Position numbers and translations under genes: made by a program | Source of the DNA: Malacoraja senta | Lineage: Eukaryota | Length of the DNA: 64,000 nucleotides | Assembly (NCBI GenBank): GCA_038087875.1 | Contig: CM075978.1 | Location: 175,026,001 to 175,090,000 of the forward strand | Reading direction: 5' to 3' | Notes under the pieces: generated by a model | Seen by the model: the letters and a program-made list of their open reading frames with translations, nothing else | The model's database searches: none | Told to the model about the DNA's origin: nothing | In this document: piece by piece, positions 50,090-62,865 of the stretch | How the letters are laid out: each line of letters starts with the position of its first letter | Position numbering within the stretch: position 1 is the stretch's first letter

Positions 50090-52400
50090 TACTTGTCGGC
50101 CACACACTGTTCACAAACTAAACAAACTTTGAGTCAGTGGACTGGTACATATTCAGGCATTCCGCAGCTAACCTGAATGAGTACGTCACCACCGTGACTG
50201 ACTTCGTCAGCAAGTCCATAGAAGATTGTGTATGGACGAAGACAATCCGAGTGTTCCCCAACTCGAAACCATGGATGAAACGCGAGGTGCATTCACAGGT
50301 CAAGGCCAGTTTTCCTGCACACAAGTCAAACAACCCAGAGCAGTACAAGAAGGCCTGCTATCATATTCGCAAAGCCATCAAGGATGCCAACAGACATTAC
50401 CGGGACAAACTTTGATCGAGGTATAATCACTCGGACACACAGAGAATGTGGCATGGTCCGAATAAGATAACTGGCTGCAAAGCTAGGTCAGGCAACATCA
50501 TTGGTGATAGTGCGACCTTACCTAATGAACTGAATGCTTTCTATGCTCGCTTCGAGCAGAACGCCAACAGAGCGGTGACACCTGGCGCATCAAACTCCTT
50601 TGTGCCTCTCCGCAGGGTGACTGGAGCAGAGGTTAGATCGGCCTTCCTGATGGTAAACTCACAAACAGGAACTGGACCAGACGGAGTTCCTAGCCGTGTC
50701 CTCATTAGCTGCACAGTTCAGCTAGCGGAGTATTCACGAACATCTTTAATCTCTTCCTACTCCGTTCTGGTACCCACCTGCTTCAAAAAGACCACCATTA
50801 TCCCATTGCCAAAGAAAAGCAAGACCCCATGCCTAAACGATTACCGTCATGTGGCCTTCACGTCCACCGTCATGAAATGTTTTGAGGGGCTAGTTATGAA
50901 ACGCATTTAATCCAGTCCACCCAGTGGATTTGACCCTACTGGCACAACAGGTCCACTGATGAAGCCATCGCCCGAGCCCTACACACATCCCTACAACACC
51001 TGAAGAAGAGAGACACCCACATCAGACTCCTAATTCATAATAATAATAATAATAATAATAATAACTTTATATATAAAGCACTTTAAACAACCACAGTTGC
51101 CACAAAGTGCTGTACATGAGAAATCATGAACAAAAAGCTATTACAAACAATTAAAAACCATTAAAAACCGTAAAACGAAGGACTATAAAAACACACTAAA
51201 AATTAAAAGACATTAAAAGCACTAAAAACAGGGGCAATGCCTCAGCCAGTGTCGAAAGCCAAAGAATAAAAATATGTTTTTAGGGAGGATTTGAAGATGG
51301 ACAGTGAGGGGGCCTGTCTGATGTGCAGCGGCAAGGTGTTCCAGAGTGCCGGAGCAGCAACAGAAAAAGCTCTATCCCCTCTGAGCTTCCGCTTAGACCT
51401 TGGTACCTCAAGGAGCAGCTGATCAGCTGACCCGAGGCACCGGGCAGGAGCATATAGGTGGAGCAGCTCAGAGAGGTAAGGCTACAACTCTGCCTTTAAT
51501 ACCATTATACCATCCCAGCTTAACACCAAACTCGCAGGACGGGTTCAGCACTCATCTTTGCAACTGGATCCTCAACTTTCTGACCAACAGACCCTAATCA
51601 GTGAGAATAGGGGACAGATCATCCTCCACGATAATCTTCCACACTGGTGCTTTGCAAGGATGTGTTCTCAGCTCCCGTCTATACTCCCTGTACACCCACG
51701 ACTGTGCAGCCATGAATAAACCTAATTCAAGTTTCAAATCCCCAGATTACACCACCATTGTGTGCCGATAAACAAATAATGATGAGACAGAGTACAGGAA
51801 GGAGATTGAGAACCTCGTGTCCTGGTGTGGAGACAATAAGCTTTCTCTCAACATCAGCAAGATAGTGATCGACTTCAGGAAGCAAAGTGGTACACATACC
51901 CCAGTTTGTATTGATGGTGCCGAAGTAGAGATGGTCGAAACCTTGGATTTCCTCGGAGTCAATACCACCAACAACTTCTCCTGGACAACACATATTGAAG
52001 CAACGTGCAAGAAGGAACACCAACGCTTCTGCTTCCTTAGAAGGCTTAGGAAGTTTGGCATGTCCCCTACATCACTCAACAACTTCTACAGACGCACCAT
52101 AGAAAGCATTTTATCAGGATGCGTCACAGCTCCATGTAGGACCATAAGGAATTGCAGCAAATTGTGGATGCAGCCCAGGCCATCACTCAAACAAACCCTT
52201 CTATAGATTCAATTTATACTTAACTCTGCCTTGGCAACGTCAGCAGCATGATCATAGACGAGTCGCACCCTGACCACTCCCTCTTCTACCCTCTCCCATC
52301 AGGCAAAAGGTGTGAAAAGGCAAACCACCAGTCATGGACAGTTTCTTGTCAGCTGTTATCAGGCAACTGAATCACCCTACCACAACCAGAGAGCAGTGCT
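50090..52400 (+). mobile_element. Rex1/Babar LINE, degenerate
   Basis: ORFs 50137-50415, 50446-50910, 51817-52206 (CLNDYRHVAFTSTVMKCFE). Confidence 0.88.
51040..51480 (-). mobile_element. L2-type LINE 3' fragment nested in Rex1
   Basis: Minus strand reads LLHLYAPARCLGSADQLLLEVPRS...RAFSVAAPALWNTLP; (TAA)n tail at ~51040-51063. Confidence 0.75.
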
Positions 52401-52429
52401 TAACTACTACCTCCGATGTCCCTTAGACT

Positions 52430-53760
52430 TTTCTTGACCGGACTCAGGAGGAGTAAACGGAGAGTTTGAGAATAATTAAGAAGGAAATCAGGAAGGCATC
52501 AAGTGGGCATGAAACAACTTTTGTAGAGAAGATTTAGGAAACTCCAAAAATATTGTTTAAGTATATTAAGTAGGCTGATTAAGGAGAACATATGCCCCTT
52601 CAAATAACAAATTGTATGTCTACGCTTGGAGCTGCATGAGATGGGCAAGATGCTCAATGAATGTTTCTCCTCTGGGGTGTGGTTAATGTTCGGCCTTTAT
52701 TTGAGAAGGGCTGCAGAAAGAAAATGTGGGAATTATAGACCAGTAAGCTAGACAATAAAAACTTGGGAACTATAGACCAGTAAGCTTGGTGTTCTGGGAG
52801 ATCGTTTTGCGGAATACGATTTACAGCATTTGCAAATGTAGGCATGCATTCTGGATACTTAACATAACTTATGCATGGGAGTATGTGTCTCACGAACCTG
52901 GTTGAGTTTGGTGATTAATTAACGAAAAAGATAGACGAGAGAAGGTCTACTTGGACTTCAGCAAGGCCATTGACAAGGATCTGCATGGTAGATCACTCTG
53001 CAAAGTTAGATTGCATGGGATTCAGGGAGAGATAACTAATTAGATAGGCAATACGCCCATGGAAATATAGCAAGGACTTATCGTGGAAGAATGTTTCTCG
53101 GACTTGAGGCCTGTTGCAGTCAAGAGGGGTAGCTAAAGAGTCGGAGCTGGTCATATTTGCATTTGTTATCCACATCATCGATTTGATAAAAAAAATGTAT
53201 ATGGCATTGTTAGTAATTTTGCAGATGTCACGAAATGACGTGGCATCTTAGCTGTGAAGAAGATTATCAGGATGAGAGCAGGATTTTGGTCAGCTGAGCA
53301 TGTGGACCAAGGAATATGTAATGGAGTTTATTTCAGCTGTGCAAAGTGTTGCAATTTGGGATGTCAATATAGTGTAAGACCCTTAAAGATTTAACGTAGG
53401 GACCTTGGGAGTATTTTGCAACAGAGGTACCCGGAAGTCGAGCACATCTTTCACTGTAAAGTGCGTCCCGGGTTGTTAGGGGGGAAGGAAGGTGTTTGCA
53501 CGATGGCCTTCTATTGAAAGGACATTGCAAATAGAAGTCGGGAAGTTATGTTTCACTTGTTCATGCCACGCGTGAAATGTTAACTTCTGGTCACCCTGCC
53601 ATAGAAAAGATAAAATTAAACTAGAGAGAGAGAGAGTGCAGAGATTTCTGCCAGGAATCAAAGGACTGAGTAATAAAGAGGCCTGGGTAGCGATCCAGAC
53701 AGGTACGATAGTGGCATTTTCGAGACTTTGCCTTGGTATATGGGTGTGCAGGGAAAGGAA
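52430..53760 (+). mobile_element. Old degenerate CR1
   Basis: Scattered RT motif remnants. Confidence 0.6.
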
Positions 53761-53974
53761 TTGTATGGATTACGGTGCTCTCCACAATGTTTGGGACACT
53801 GACCCATCATTTATTTATTTGCCTCTGTACTCCACAATTTGAGAATTGTGATTGAAAAAAATCGCATGTGGTTAAATTGCACATCAGCAGATTTTATTAT
53901 AGGGTATTTTAATACATTTTTGTTTCACCGTGTAGAAATTACTGCAGTGTTTATGCATAGTCACCTCTTTTCAC

Positions 53975-55700
53975 AGCTCGAATGTCGGCGAGGCATTACT
54001 CCCTGATGAGCTCAATGCGTTTTACGCACGCTTTGATAGAGAGAACACCGATGTACCTTCCCGAGCCCCCATTCGCTGTGATGGTATTTCAGTCTCAGTG
54101 ACAGAGGCCGACGTCAGGAAATCCTTCAGAGGGGTGAACCCTCGAAACGCGCCTGGACCTGATAGTATACCTGGTGTTCTAAAAACCTGTGCGGACCAAC
54201 TGGCTGGAGTTTTTACGGACATTTTAACCTCTCACTTCTGAGGTCTGAGGTTCCCATCTGCTTCAAAAGGGCATCAATTATACCAGTGCCCAAGAAGAGT
54301 TAGGTGAGGTGCCTCAACGACTATCGACCTGTGGCACTAACGCCTGTGGTGATGAAGTGCTTTGAAAGGTTGATCATGGCGCAAATCAACTCCTACCTCG
54401 ACAAAAACCTGGACCCAATGCAGTTCGCTTACCGCCACAACAGATCAACGGTGGATGCGATCTTGCTGGCCCTCCACTCCGCTCTGGACCACTTGGACAA
54501 CAAAAACTCATATGTCAGGCTGTTATTCATTGATTACAGCACGGCATTTAATACTATCATCCCCTCCGAGCTGGTTACCAAACTCGCAGAACTGGGTCTC
54601 TGCGCATCCCTCTGCAATTTAATCATCGACTTCCACATTCACAAACCACAGTCTGTTTGTATTGGTGGAAATGTGTCAGACTCGATAACAATCAGAACGG
54701 GAGCACCTCAAGGCTGCGTGCTCAGCCCCCTGCTGTACTCACTCTATACTCATGACTGCGTAGCCGGTCATAGTGCGAACTCCATCATCAAGTTCGCTGA
54801 CGACACCACTGTTGTGGGACATATCTCTGATGGAGATGAGTCAGAGTATAGAAGAGAGATCGAGCAACTGTCCATATGGTGGCAGCACAATAACCTGGCC
54901 CTCAACACCAGCCAAACCAAGGAACTGATTGTGGACTTTGGAAGGAGTAGGATGGGGACCCACAGTCCCGTTTATATCAACGGGTCGATGGTTGAAAGGA
55001 TCAAGAACTTCAAATTCCTGGACGTGCACATCTCTGAAGATCTCTCCTGGTCCGAGAACACTGATGCAATTATCAAGAAAGTACATCAGCGCCCCTACTT
55101 CCTGAGAAGATTACGGAGAGTTGGTTTGTCAAGGAGGACTCTCTCTAACTTCTACAGGTGCACAGTAGAGAGCATGCTGACCGGTTGCATCGTGGCTTGG
55201 TTCGGCAACTTGAGCGCCCTGGAGAGGAAAAGACTACAAAAAGTAGTAAACACTGCCCAGTCCATCATCGGCTCTGACCTTCCTTCAATCGAGGGGATTT
55301 ATCGCAGTCGCTGCCTCAAAAAGACTTTCAGTATCATCAAAGACCCACACCATCCTGGCCACACACTCATCTCCCTGCTACCTTCAGGTAAAAGGTACAG
55401 GAGCCTGAAGACTGCAACGACCAGGTTCAGGAATAGCTACTTCCCCACAGCCATCAGGCTATTAAACCTGGCGCGGACAAAACTCTGAACATTAATAACC
55501 CATTATCTGTTATTTGCACTTTATTAGTTTATTTATTCATGTGTGTATATATTTATATAATGGTATATGGACACACTGATCTGTTTTGTTGTCAATGCCT
55601 ACTATGTTCTGTTGTGCTGAAGCAAAGCAAGAATTTCATTGTCCTATCAGGTACACATGACAATATACTCACTTGAACTTGAACTTGAACTTTAACTTTC
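53975..55700 (+). mobile_element. Rex1/Babar LINE, 5'-truncated, with a long intact RT ORF (54304-55488)
   Basis: [30 protein letters not shown]; (TTGAAC)n tail. Confidence 0.93.
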
Positions 55701-56679
55701 AGGGCACCATAATGTTTGAGACACAGCAATGTCATGTAAATTAAAGTAGTCATGTTTAGTATTTTCTTGCATACCCTTTGTATGCAATGACTGCTTGAAG
55801 TCTGCGATTCATGCAGGGTGTCTTCTCTGGTGATGCTATGCCAGACCTGTATTGCAGCCATCTTTAGCCTATGCTGGTTTGGGGGCTAGTCCCCTTCAGT
55901 TTTCTCTTCAGCCTATAAAATAGAATTTGCCTATGTGTGTGGGTGTGCAGGGAAAGGAATTGTATGTATTACAGTATATGTAGGTAGATAGCAATTGCAC
56001 TGCTCATCATGTTCGGTGCAGACATCTTAGCCAGCAGGGTCTGACCTTGTGCTACACACAGTGTTCAAGTGTTCTAGTTGTGCCCAGGGGACTGTCTTGG
56101 TGCTGCTAGACTGTGTGACTCTATGTCGATGTATAAAAGCAAGGTCACCATTGAGGTTTATTCGCATTTTTAAAGGCACGGCAGATAAAAACAAAACAGT
56201 TGATGTAGTGGACTTTTAGAACGGCTTCAATGACAAAACACAGAATGGAAACTGGCCCTTCATCCCACCGAGGCCATGCCGAGCATTGATGTCGATCAGA
56301 AAGTGTGGAATAAGATGGGGGAATTGTCGGTCTTATCTCCCAAATAAAGTGTGAGAATAGGACTGAACATATAATTTCTGGTTTGAGATTTAAGATGGCA
56401 ACAGCCATGTAAACCGGTAAATACAGTCAGGATAAATATTCTTTTCGGCTTTGCAGGAAACCATAAACTTATTTGCCGCTCTGAAATGGGATTCCATCCA
56501 GAGGCATCATTCAATGGATTCCACCTCAAACGGTCGCATTTTCTCCCATGATGAATCTATCCACATAGGTTTGATTAGATTGCAAAATACAGAATGGAAA
56601 CTGGCCCTTCGCCCACCGAGGCCATGCCGAGCATTGATTCACACTAGTTCTATATTATCCCACATTCGGATTTACCCAC

Positions 56680-56880
56680 TCGGGGGGAATTCAAATATTC
56701 ATTTACCAACAAGCATACGAGTCTTTGAGATGTGGGGAGAAACAGGAGCACTCGGTAGGAACCTGCGTTATCACATGGAGAATGTGCAAACTCCACACAG
56801 ACAGTAAACGAGGGCAGAATTGATCCCGGGTCTCTAGCCCTGAATGATAGTAGCTCTACCAGCTAAACCACTGGGCCGCC
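56680..56880 (-). mobile_element. tRNA-derived V-SINE (HE1-like)
   Basis: Minus strand GGCCCAGTGGTTTAGC (A-box-like), CCCGGGATCAATTC (B-box-like), then TGTGTGGAGTTTGCACATTCTCC. Confidence 0.75.
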
Positions 56881-57969
56881 CTGTAATTAACTTCCTTGCA
56901 ATTATCTTCCTTCTTCCGAGAAACTACTACAAATGACTTGGGCCAAATCTATGCTTGCCTTCTGTAGGAAGCATGAGAAAGTCCTTATTGCATTCCAACT
57001 GGCATCCTCAGCGCTTGAATGTCAGCACTGATTGGGGATGATCAGCCATGATCACATTGAATGGCAGTGCTGGCTCGAAGGGCCGAATGGCCTATTCCTG
57101 CACCTATTGTCTATTGTCCACATCGACAGTTGCATTAGTGCGTATAGCTGCATCCGTAGAGAAATGCACAGTTTCGTCAGTTTTTGGCTTCGTTCCATCG
57201 TGCTCTAATCTTCACGTGGATGATCTATGATTCTTCATTACGCTTTTAGTTTGCTCTGTATCTACATCAGTGGATAAAGCAGGGAGCAAAATCCATGCAG
57301 AATATGAAACTCCCAAAGTTATATATTCATGGAGATATGGAGTCACAAATTAGGGAAAGGGGCTTTTTGGCCCAACCCGTCCATACCACCTATATGCCCC
57401 ATGTAAACTGGCCCCATTTTCCCGCGGTTAACCAATATACCTCAGAACCATTCGATCCATGCGCCTGGCCAAGCCAAGTGTCTAAAAAATGTTGTTGGAG
57501 TACTTGCCTCAATTACCTAATCTGACAGCTCGTTACATATACCTACCACCCTCTGTGAAAAAGTTCCGATTTGGGTTCTTATTAAAGATTTCCCCTCTCA
57601 ACACAAAACCATATAATCTAGTTCTTGATTGCCCAATGCCGCGAAAAATATTCTGTGCATTCACCCTATCTATTTATCTCATGATTTCACCTCAGGTGTC
57701 ATGCGTCTAGATATTCTTATTCCGTCTCTTGCAGTGCATCTATTCCATGCCATCAGTTCCCAATCTACAGTATGACGCATTGGTTGACAATGGAATGATT
57801 CGCACAGGTATATCTGAATGGTTCTCATCCTTTCTGTCCTATGGCTTTCCCCCCACAAGAGTAGGTGGAACCCTTGCATGAATCTCATCTACTTTCCACC
57901 CCACCAGCCTCCACATCCAAAGGGTCACGCAAAGTAATTAATAGAAGCGCTAATAAGATCCCCCCCACC

Positions 57970-58520
57970 ATAGTCATAAAGTGATAGTGTGGAAATAGGC
58001 CCTTCATTCGAACTCGCCCACACCGGCCAACAATGTCCCAGCTGCACTAGTCCCACTTGCCTGCACTTGGTCCATATCCCTCCAAACCTGTCCTATCCAT
58101 GTACATGTCTAACTGTTTCTTAAACGATGGGATAGTCCCAGCCGCAACTACCACCTCTGGCAGCTTGTTCCCTTTCACCACCCTTTCAACGTCAAACCGG
58201 AGAAGTACAACTAAATCGCTGCTTAACATGGAAAACATATCTCAGTCTCTGCATGTTGGGAAAAATGATTGTGTGAAAAAGTTACCCCTCGGATTCCTAT
58301 TACATATTTCCCCTTCAACTTGAACCTACGTCGTCTGGTCCTCGATTCCCTTACTCTGTGCATAAGACTCTGTGCATCTACCCGATCTATTCATCTCATG
58401 ATTTTGTATACCTCTATAAGATCTCCCCTTATCCTCCTGCGCTCCATGGAATGAAGAACCAGGCTACTCAACCTCTCCCTAGAGCCCACACCCTCTGGTC
58501 CTGGCAACATCCTCGTAAAT
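57970..58520 (-). mobile_element. Old CR1 3' fragment (paralog of 11455-11513 + 18471-18890)
   Basis: Reverse-complement identity to copy 1; carries an extra ~80-bp insert. Confidence 0.85.
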
Positions 58521-59302
58521 CAGAGATATACAATATCCCTCTACGTTTCAGTGTTTTAAAACAATTACCTTCTTCGTGAATCAAAGGTCTGCTCAATCAC
58601 GTTCACCTGAATAGATCCGTTTTATTCAAAAATAGCATTTTTGCATATCACCATGGGAGGAACAATTATTTTTCCCAACATGCAGAGACTGTGACTTTTT
58701 ATCCATGTTAAGCAGCGATTTATTTGTACTTCCTCCGGTTTCACGTTGAAATTTGGTTCACAAATCGTTCTACTCTGCATTGGAGAACAGAAACTAGATT
58801 GTGTGATGACTTTTCAGAGAGACCCTAAGCATCGGGTTGCGTGCCACTTTAATTCGTTCTCCCTGTCCCACTGACTATTCTGTTTACCCATCCAAATCCG
58901 AATGAAACTGCTATAAGAACGCTCAATCATCTAGGCATTATGCAGACATCGTCAACTTAGGTAATTGAGACTTTATTTTCGCGTGTACCATAAGTGCCCA
59001 ATCTGCCTCGCATCACAGTGTCTCTCTTTTCATTCTCTGTTGATATGCCATAGCATACTGGAAACGTCTCAGAGCTATCTACAAGTCCTCCAGCTTATCC
59101 GCCATCGATAGAAATACTCTTTTCTAGTCAAATGAAAGGCGTAAGCCGTAAAACGTTAAAGGGTTCCGTTTCCGCCTAATCGGCCATGGCTCGAAGCAAA
59201 ATAAATAAAAAGACACATTGTGCTAGAGTAAAGTGCGACGTGCACGTCCTCTAACCTCGTCCACTGTATCCGATGTTCCTCCTGTACGTCGGCGTGACCA
59301 GG

Positions 59303-60190
59303 TATAGAATCGGTTCCGGTTGGCGGCGCGACTCACGTTGCAGCGGACCCTGCAGCCTGTCTGTCTTTTTTGTATTTTTTTGTCTAGTTAAATGTAGTTG
59401 TTGTGTTTTTTTATTACTGTTTTTAACTGTGTATATGTGGGGGGCGGGTGTGGGGGGGAGGGGGAAACGTTTAAAATCTCTTCCCTGCACGGGAGACCCG
59501 ACCTTTTCCCTGTCGGGTCTCTGTTGTGGTTGGGCCTAGCACCGTGGAGCGGCCTCCAACCGAAACGACCTGGGGGCTCCAGTCGCGGAGCCTGCGGAGC
59601 TGCGGACTTACCATCGTGGGGCTGGCCGCCCTCAGAGCTTGGGGAGCGGTGGTGGCTCGTTGCTGCGGCCCGACTCCGGAGCTCGGAGGTTCCAGCCGCA
59701 GGTCCGGTGGACTGTGATATCGGGAGCTCGCGGGTCCGGGTGGGAGACCGCTTTTCGGAGCTCCCGCAACGCAACTTCTCCAGCCCGTGTCGCGGGGTTG
59801 GAACGACCCGGAGTGGGGCCGTACATCGCCGGCGCGACTTTAATGACCGCGGGACATTCCAACGCCCGCCAGGGGCTCCAACTTTGCGACATTTAGACCT
59901 GGAGCGGGGCCGTACATCGCCCGGCGCGGTTTAATGGCCGTGGGACTTACCATCGCCCGCCTGGGGCTTCAACATCGGGAGAAAAATGGTGCACAGGGAA
60001 AATAAAATGATTTGCCTTCCATCACAGTGAGGAGGAGATTCACTGTGATGGATGTTTGTGTGAATTGAATTGTTTGTGTGTCTTGTAGGAATTATTTTGT
60101 TTGTACGGCTGTAGAAACAGAGTTTCGTTTGAGCCTCACTGAGGTTCAAATGAGATTTAAAAAATATTGTATTGTATTGTATTGTATTGT
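59303..60190 (+). mobile_element. GC-rich non-autonomous retroelement (family A), apparently full length
   Basis: TSD AATCG; (ATTGT)n tail; empty site at ~8205 in copy 1. Confidence 0.85.
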
Positions 60191-62321
60191 AATCGAGGAG
60201 AGTTTAGCAAATATCACGGCACCCTTCTGAATAGCAAATGCCAGATGTTACATCAAAAAGGGACATGTGATGCAGTTTTAGCAGCAACGAAGAAACGGCC
60301 GATGCACGTGTGTTTAAGATTAAAATGATGGGGCATATTTGAGAATAGGGTATTCGTAGACGACCATAAGGCAGTCACTGGATGATAATTACAAAACATA
60401 GGGATATTTAATATGTAATGGATGGGAGAGAAGCACGTTTCTTTCAAACATGATGGAAAGAGGCAAATACAATTACAACATCCAGAAGACATTTCGACAG
60501 GTATACAGAAAGGAAAAATAGAAAGCGACATGGGATTTGCAGGCAACTGGGTTTACCGAAGACATGACATAGCTGCTGGCACAGCTACACCAAGGCTTGT
60601 TGCACTGTGGTACGATTCAGCGATTGTCTGATACGACTATAACCATCTATATGTTTCGGGATTTTTTTTTGCTAACAGTTCAAACAGTATAGGAAGGAAC
60701 TGCATATGCTGTTTTAAACCACATATAGACACAAAAAGCTGTAATAACTCAGCTTCTTCAGTTTGAAGCAGGGTCTCGACCCGAAACGTCACACATTCCT
60801 TCTATCCAGAGATGCTGCTTGTTCCGCTGAGTTACTCCAGCTTTTTGTGTCTATCTTAGGAGTTAGCTGTACATGGTGGCAGCTCCATGCATGGGGTGTG
60901 AAAGAGATGATTGGTCCAGGAGTCTGACAACAGTGGGGAAGAAGCTGTTCTTAAGCCAGGCTTTTAAATCCCCATACCTTTTCCCGGAAGATAGAACAGA
61001 AAAAAGGGATTTGCCAGGGTTGCAGGCATCCTTAACAATACTTCCAGACTTCCTGATGCAACGCACTGTTACATGGACTGGATGGAGGGAAGTGAAGAGA
61101 CTCTGATGGACTGAGCTGTGTTCATCATTCTCTATATAGGAAGGATCTGCAGATGCTGGTTTAAACTGAAGATAGACAAAAAATGTGGAGTAACTCAGCG
61201 GGTCAGACAGCATCTCTGGTGAACAGGAATATGTGACTTTTCGGGTCGAGACCCTTCTTCAGACTGCTGGTCAGTCAGTCAAAAGCAGAGCAGTTGCCCT
61301 ACCAGGCTGAGACTCCTGTCAGAATACCTTCTATAGCATAACTGTAGACGTTTGAGAGAATTCTCATCAACGTGCCGATTCTACTCACAGTTCAAAGGCC
61401 AATTAACCTACAAACCTGTACATTTGTGGGGTGTGGTAGAAAACCAGAGCACCCGGAGGAAACCCACGCACAGGGAATGTGTGCAAACGCCACACAGGTC
61501 TGAAGAAGGGTCTCAACCAGAACCGTCACCCATTCCTTCTATCCTGAAATGCTGCTTGACCCGCTGTTACTCCAGCATTTTGTGTCTATCTTCGGTGCAG
61601 ACCAGCATTTGCAGTTCCTTCCTATACACAGACAGCATCCATGGTTTGAATTTTAATTTTACCACGAATATGTCAAGAATGGGACATAGTACATTGGAGA
61701 AGCGTTGGTGCAGTTGGTCCCAAGAGGGATATAATTTATATATTAAATACGTATTGGGACGTTGGTGGCACATTCCAAACAATTAATGGCCGATAGAAAT
61801 ATTTAAAGCTTTCATTTTCGCATTTACCTCATTTTCTATCTGGTTACTAGTATTTTCGGATGTCCGACTCCTTTTAGTTTCTACATATGTGGAAGACTTT
61901 TAACTTTCTGTTCTGACATAAAACTGCAGCCATTAGCATGAAGATCATTGGTAAACTCAGCAAAGACAAGATTCGTCTGGATGGATGGCAAATATGTGTT
62001 TGAATCGTGGAACATGCCATGCACTTCCGACAGGGTGATTCCAGAATTTTACAGAAGCTCATTTCTGAACAGCTGCAATTGTGTCATTTCGTATCGGACG
62101 TGATTTCCTTCAGTCCACGTCAGACCCTGTACCCTTTTTTTCACAGCAGAGATATGGTAATGCATTGTGCAACATGTTCCATTTGACCAAGTCTTTCGAA
62201 CAGAAAGGTTAACTCTATTTCTCTTTACCAAGATCATACTTTACTTACATGTAGAGTTCAGCAATTACTGAGTGCATTTCAGACTTCCAATACTTAGGAC
62301 GTATGATTTTTATAGTTCAGT

Positions 62322-62376
62322 ATGCTTTTTCGCGATGTGGTTCTGTTATTATCGTCGCTCTTGTTTATAAACGCAG
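62322..62376 (+). CDS. Gene C signal-peptide exon MLFRDVVLLLSSLLFINA
   Basis: ATG at 62322, phase-1 donor G|GTATT; paralog of 6970-7024. Confidence 0.82.
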
Positions 62377-62544
62377 GTATTTTTCGATTTTTCTTTTGTT
62401 TTCATCTTCTTACTGACCTACACCCTCTGTGATCTGCACCCGTATATCGAACGCACATCCATTTTCATGCATCTTTTAAAAGTGCGATTAATTGTGTCTG
62501 TCCTCGTCTGTTATGGGATAATTTTTGATTTTCTTCTGCTACAG

Positions 62545-62865
62545 TTGCCGTTGATGCTCACTACCAAATCGATCAATCTCCGACGATCAAACACGCGATC
62601 TTACATTCAAATATCACTCTCTATTGCATTATTGGACTATCGCACAATAGTCAACCTGTGGAATTTTATTGGTGGAAACTTGGCGAACAGAACGTTCTGC
62701 AAACAGCTTCTGACAGTAGGAAGATATTTCTTCGTTTTAAACAAGGTGGAGCTTCCTTGCATATATTGAATATCCATGCAGATGATGCTGGAGTCTATTA
62801 CTGCGGAGTAGGAATCCAGGGAAGCGAGATTGTGAATGGATCTAGCTCCAGAATTAAAGTCTTCG
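62545..62865 (+). CDS. Gene C exon: Ig V-set domain (paralog of gene A V)
   Basis: ctgctacag acceptor, G|GTATGT donor, 321 bp open frame; J-like motif altered to NGSSSRIKVF. Confidence 0.93.
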
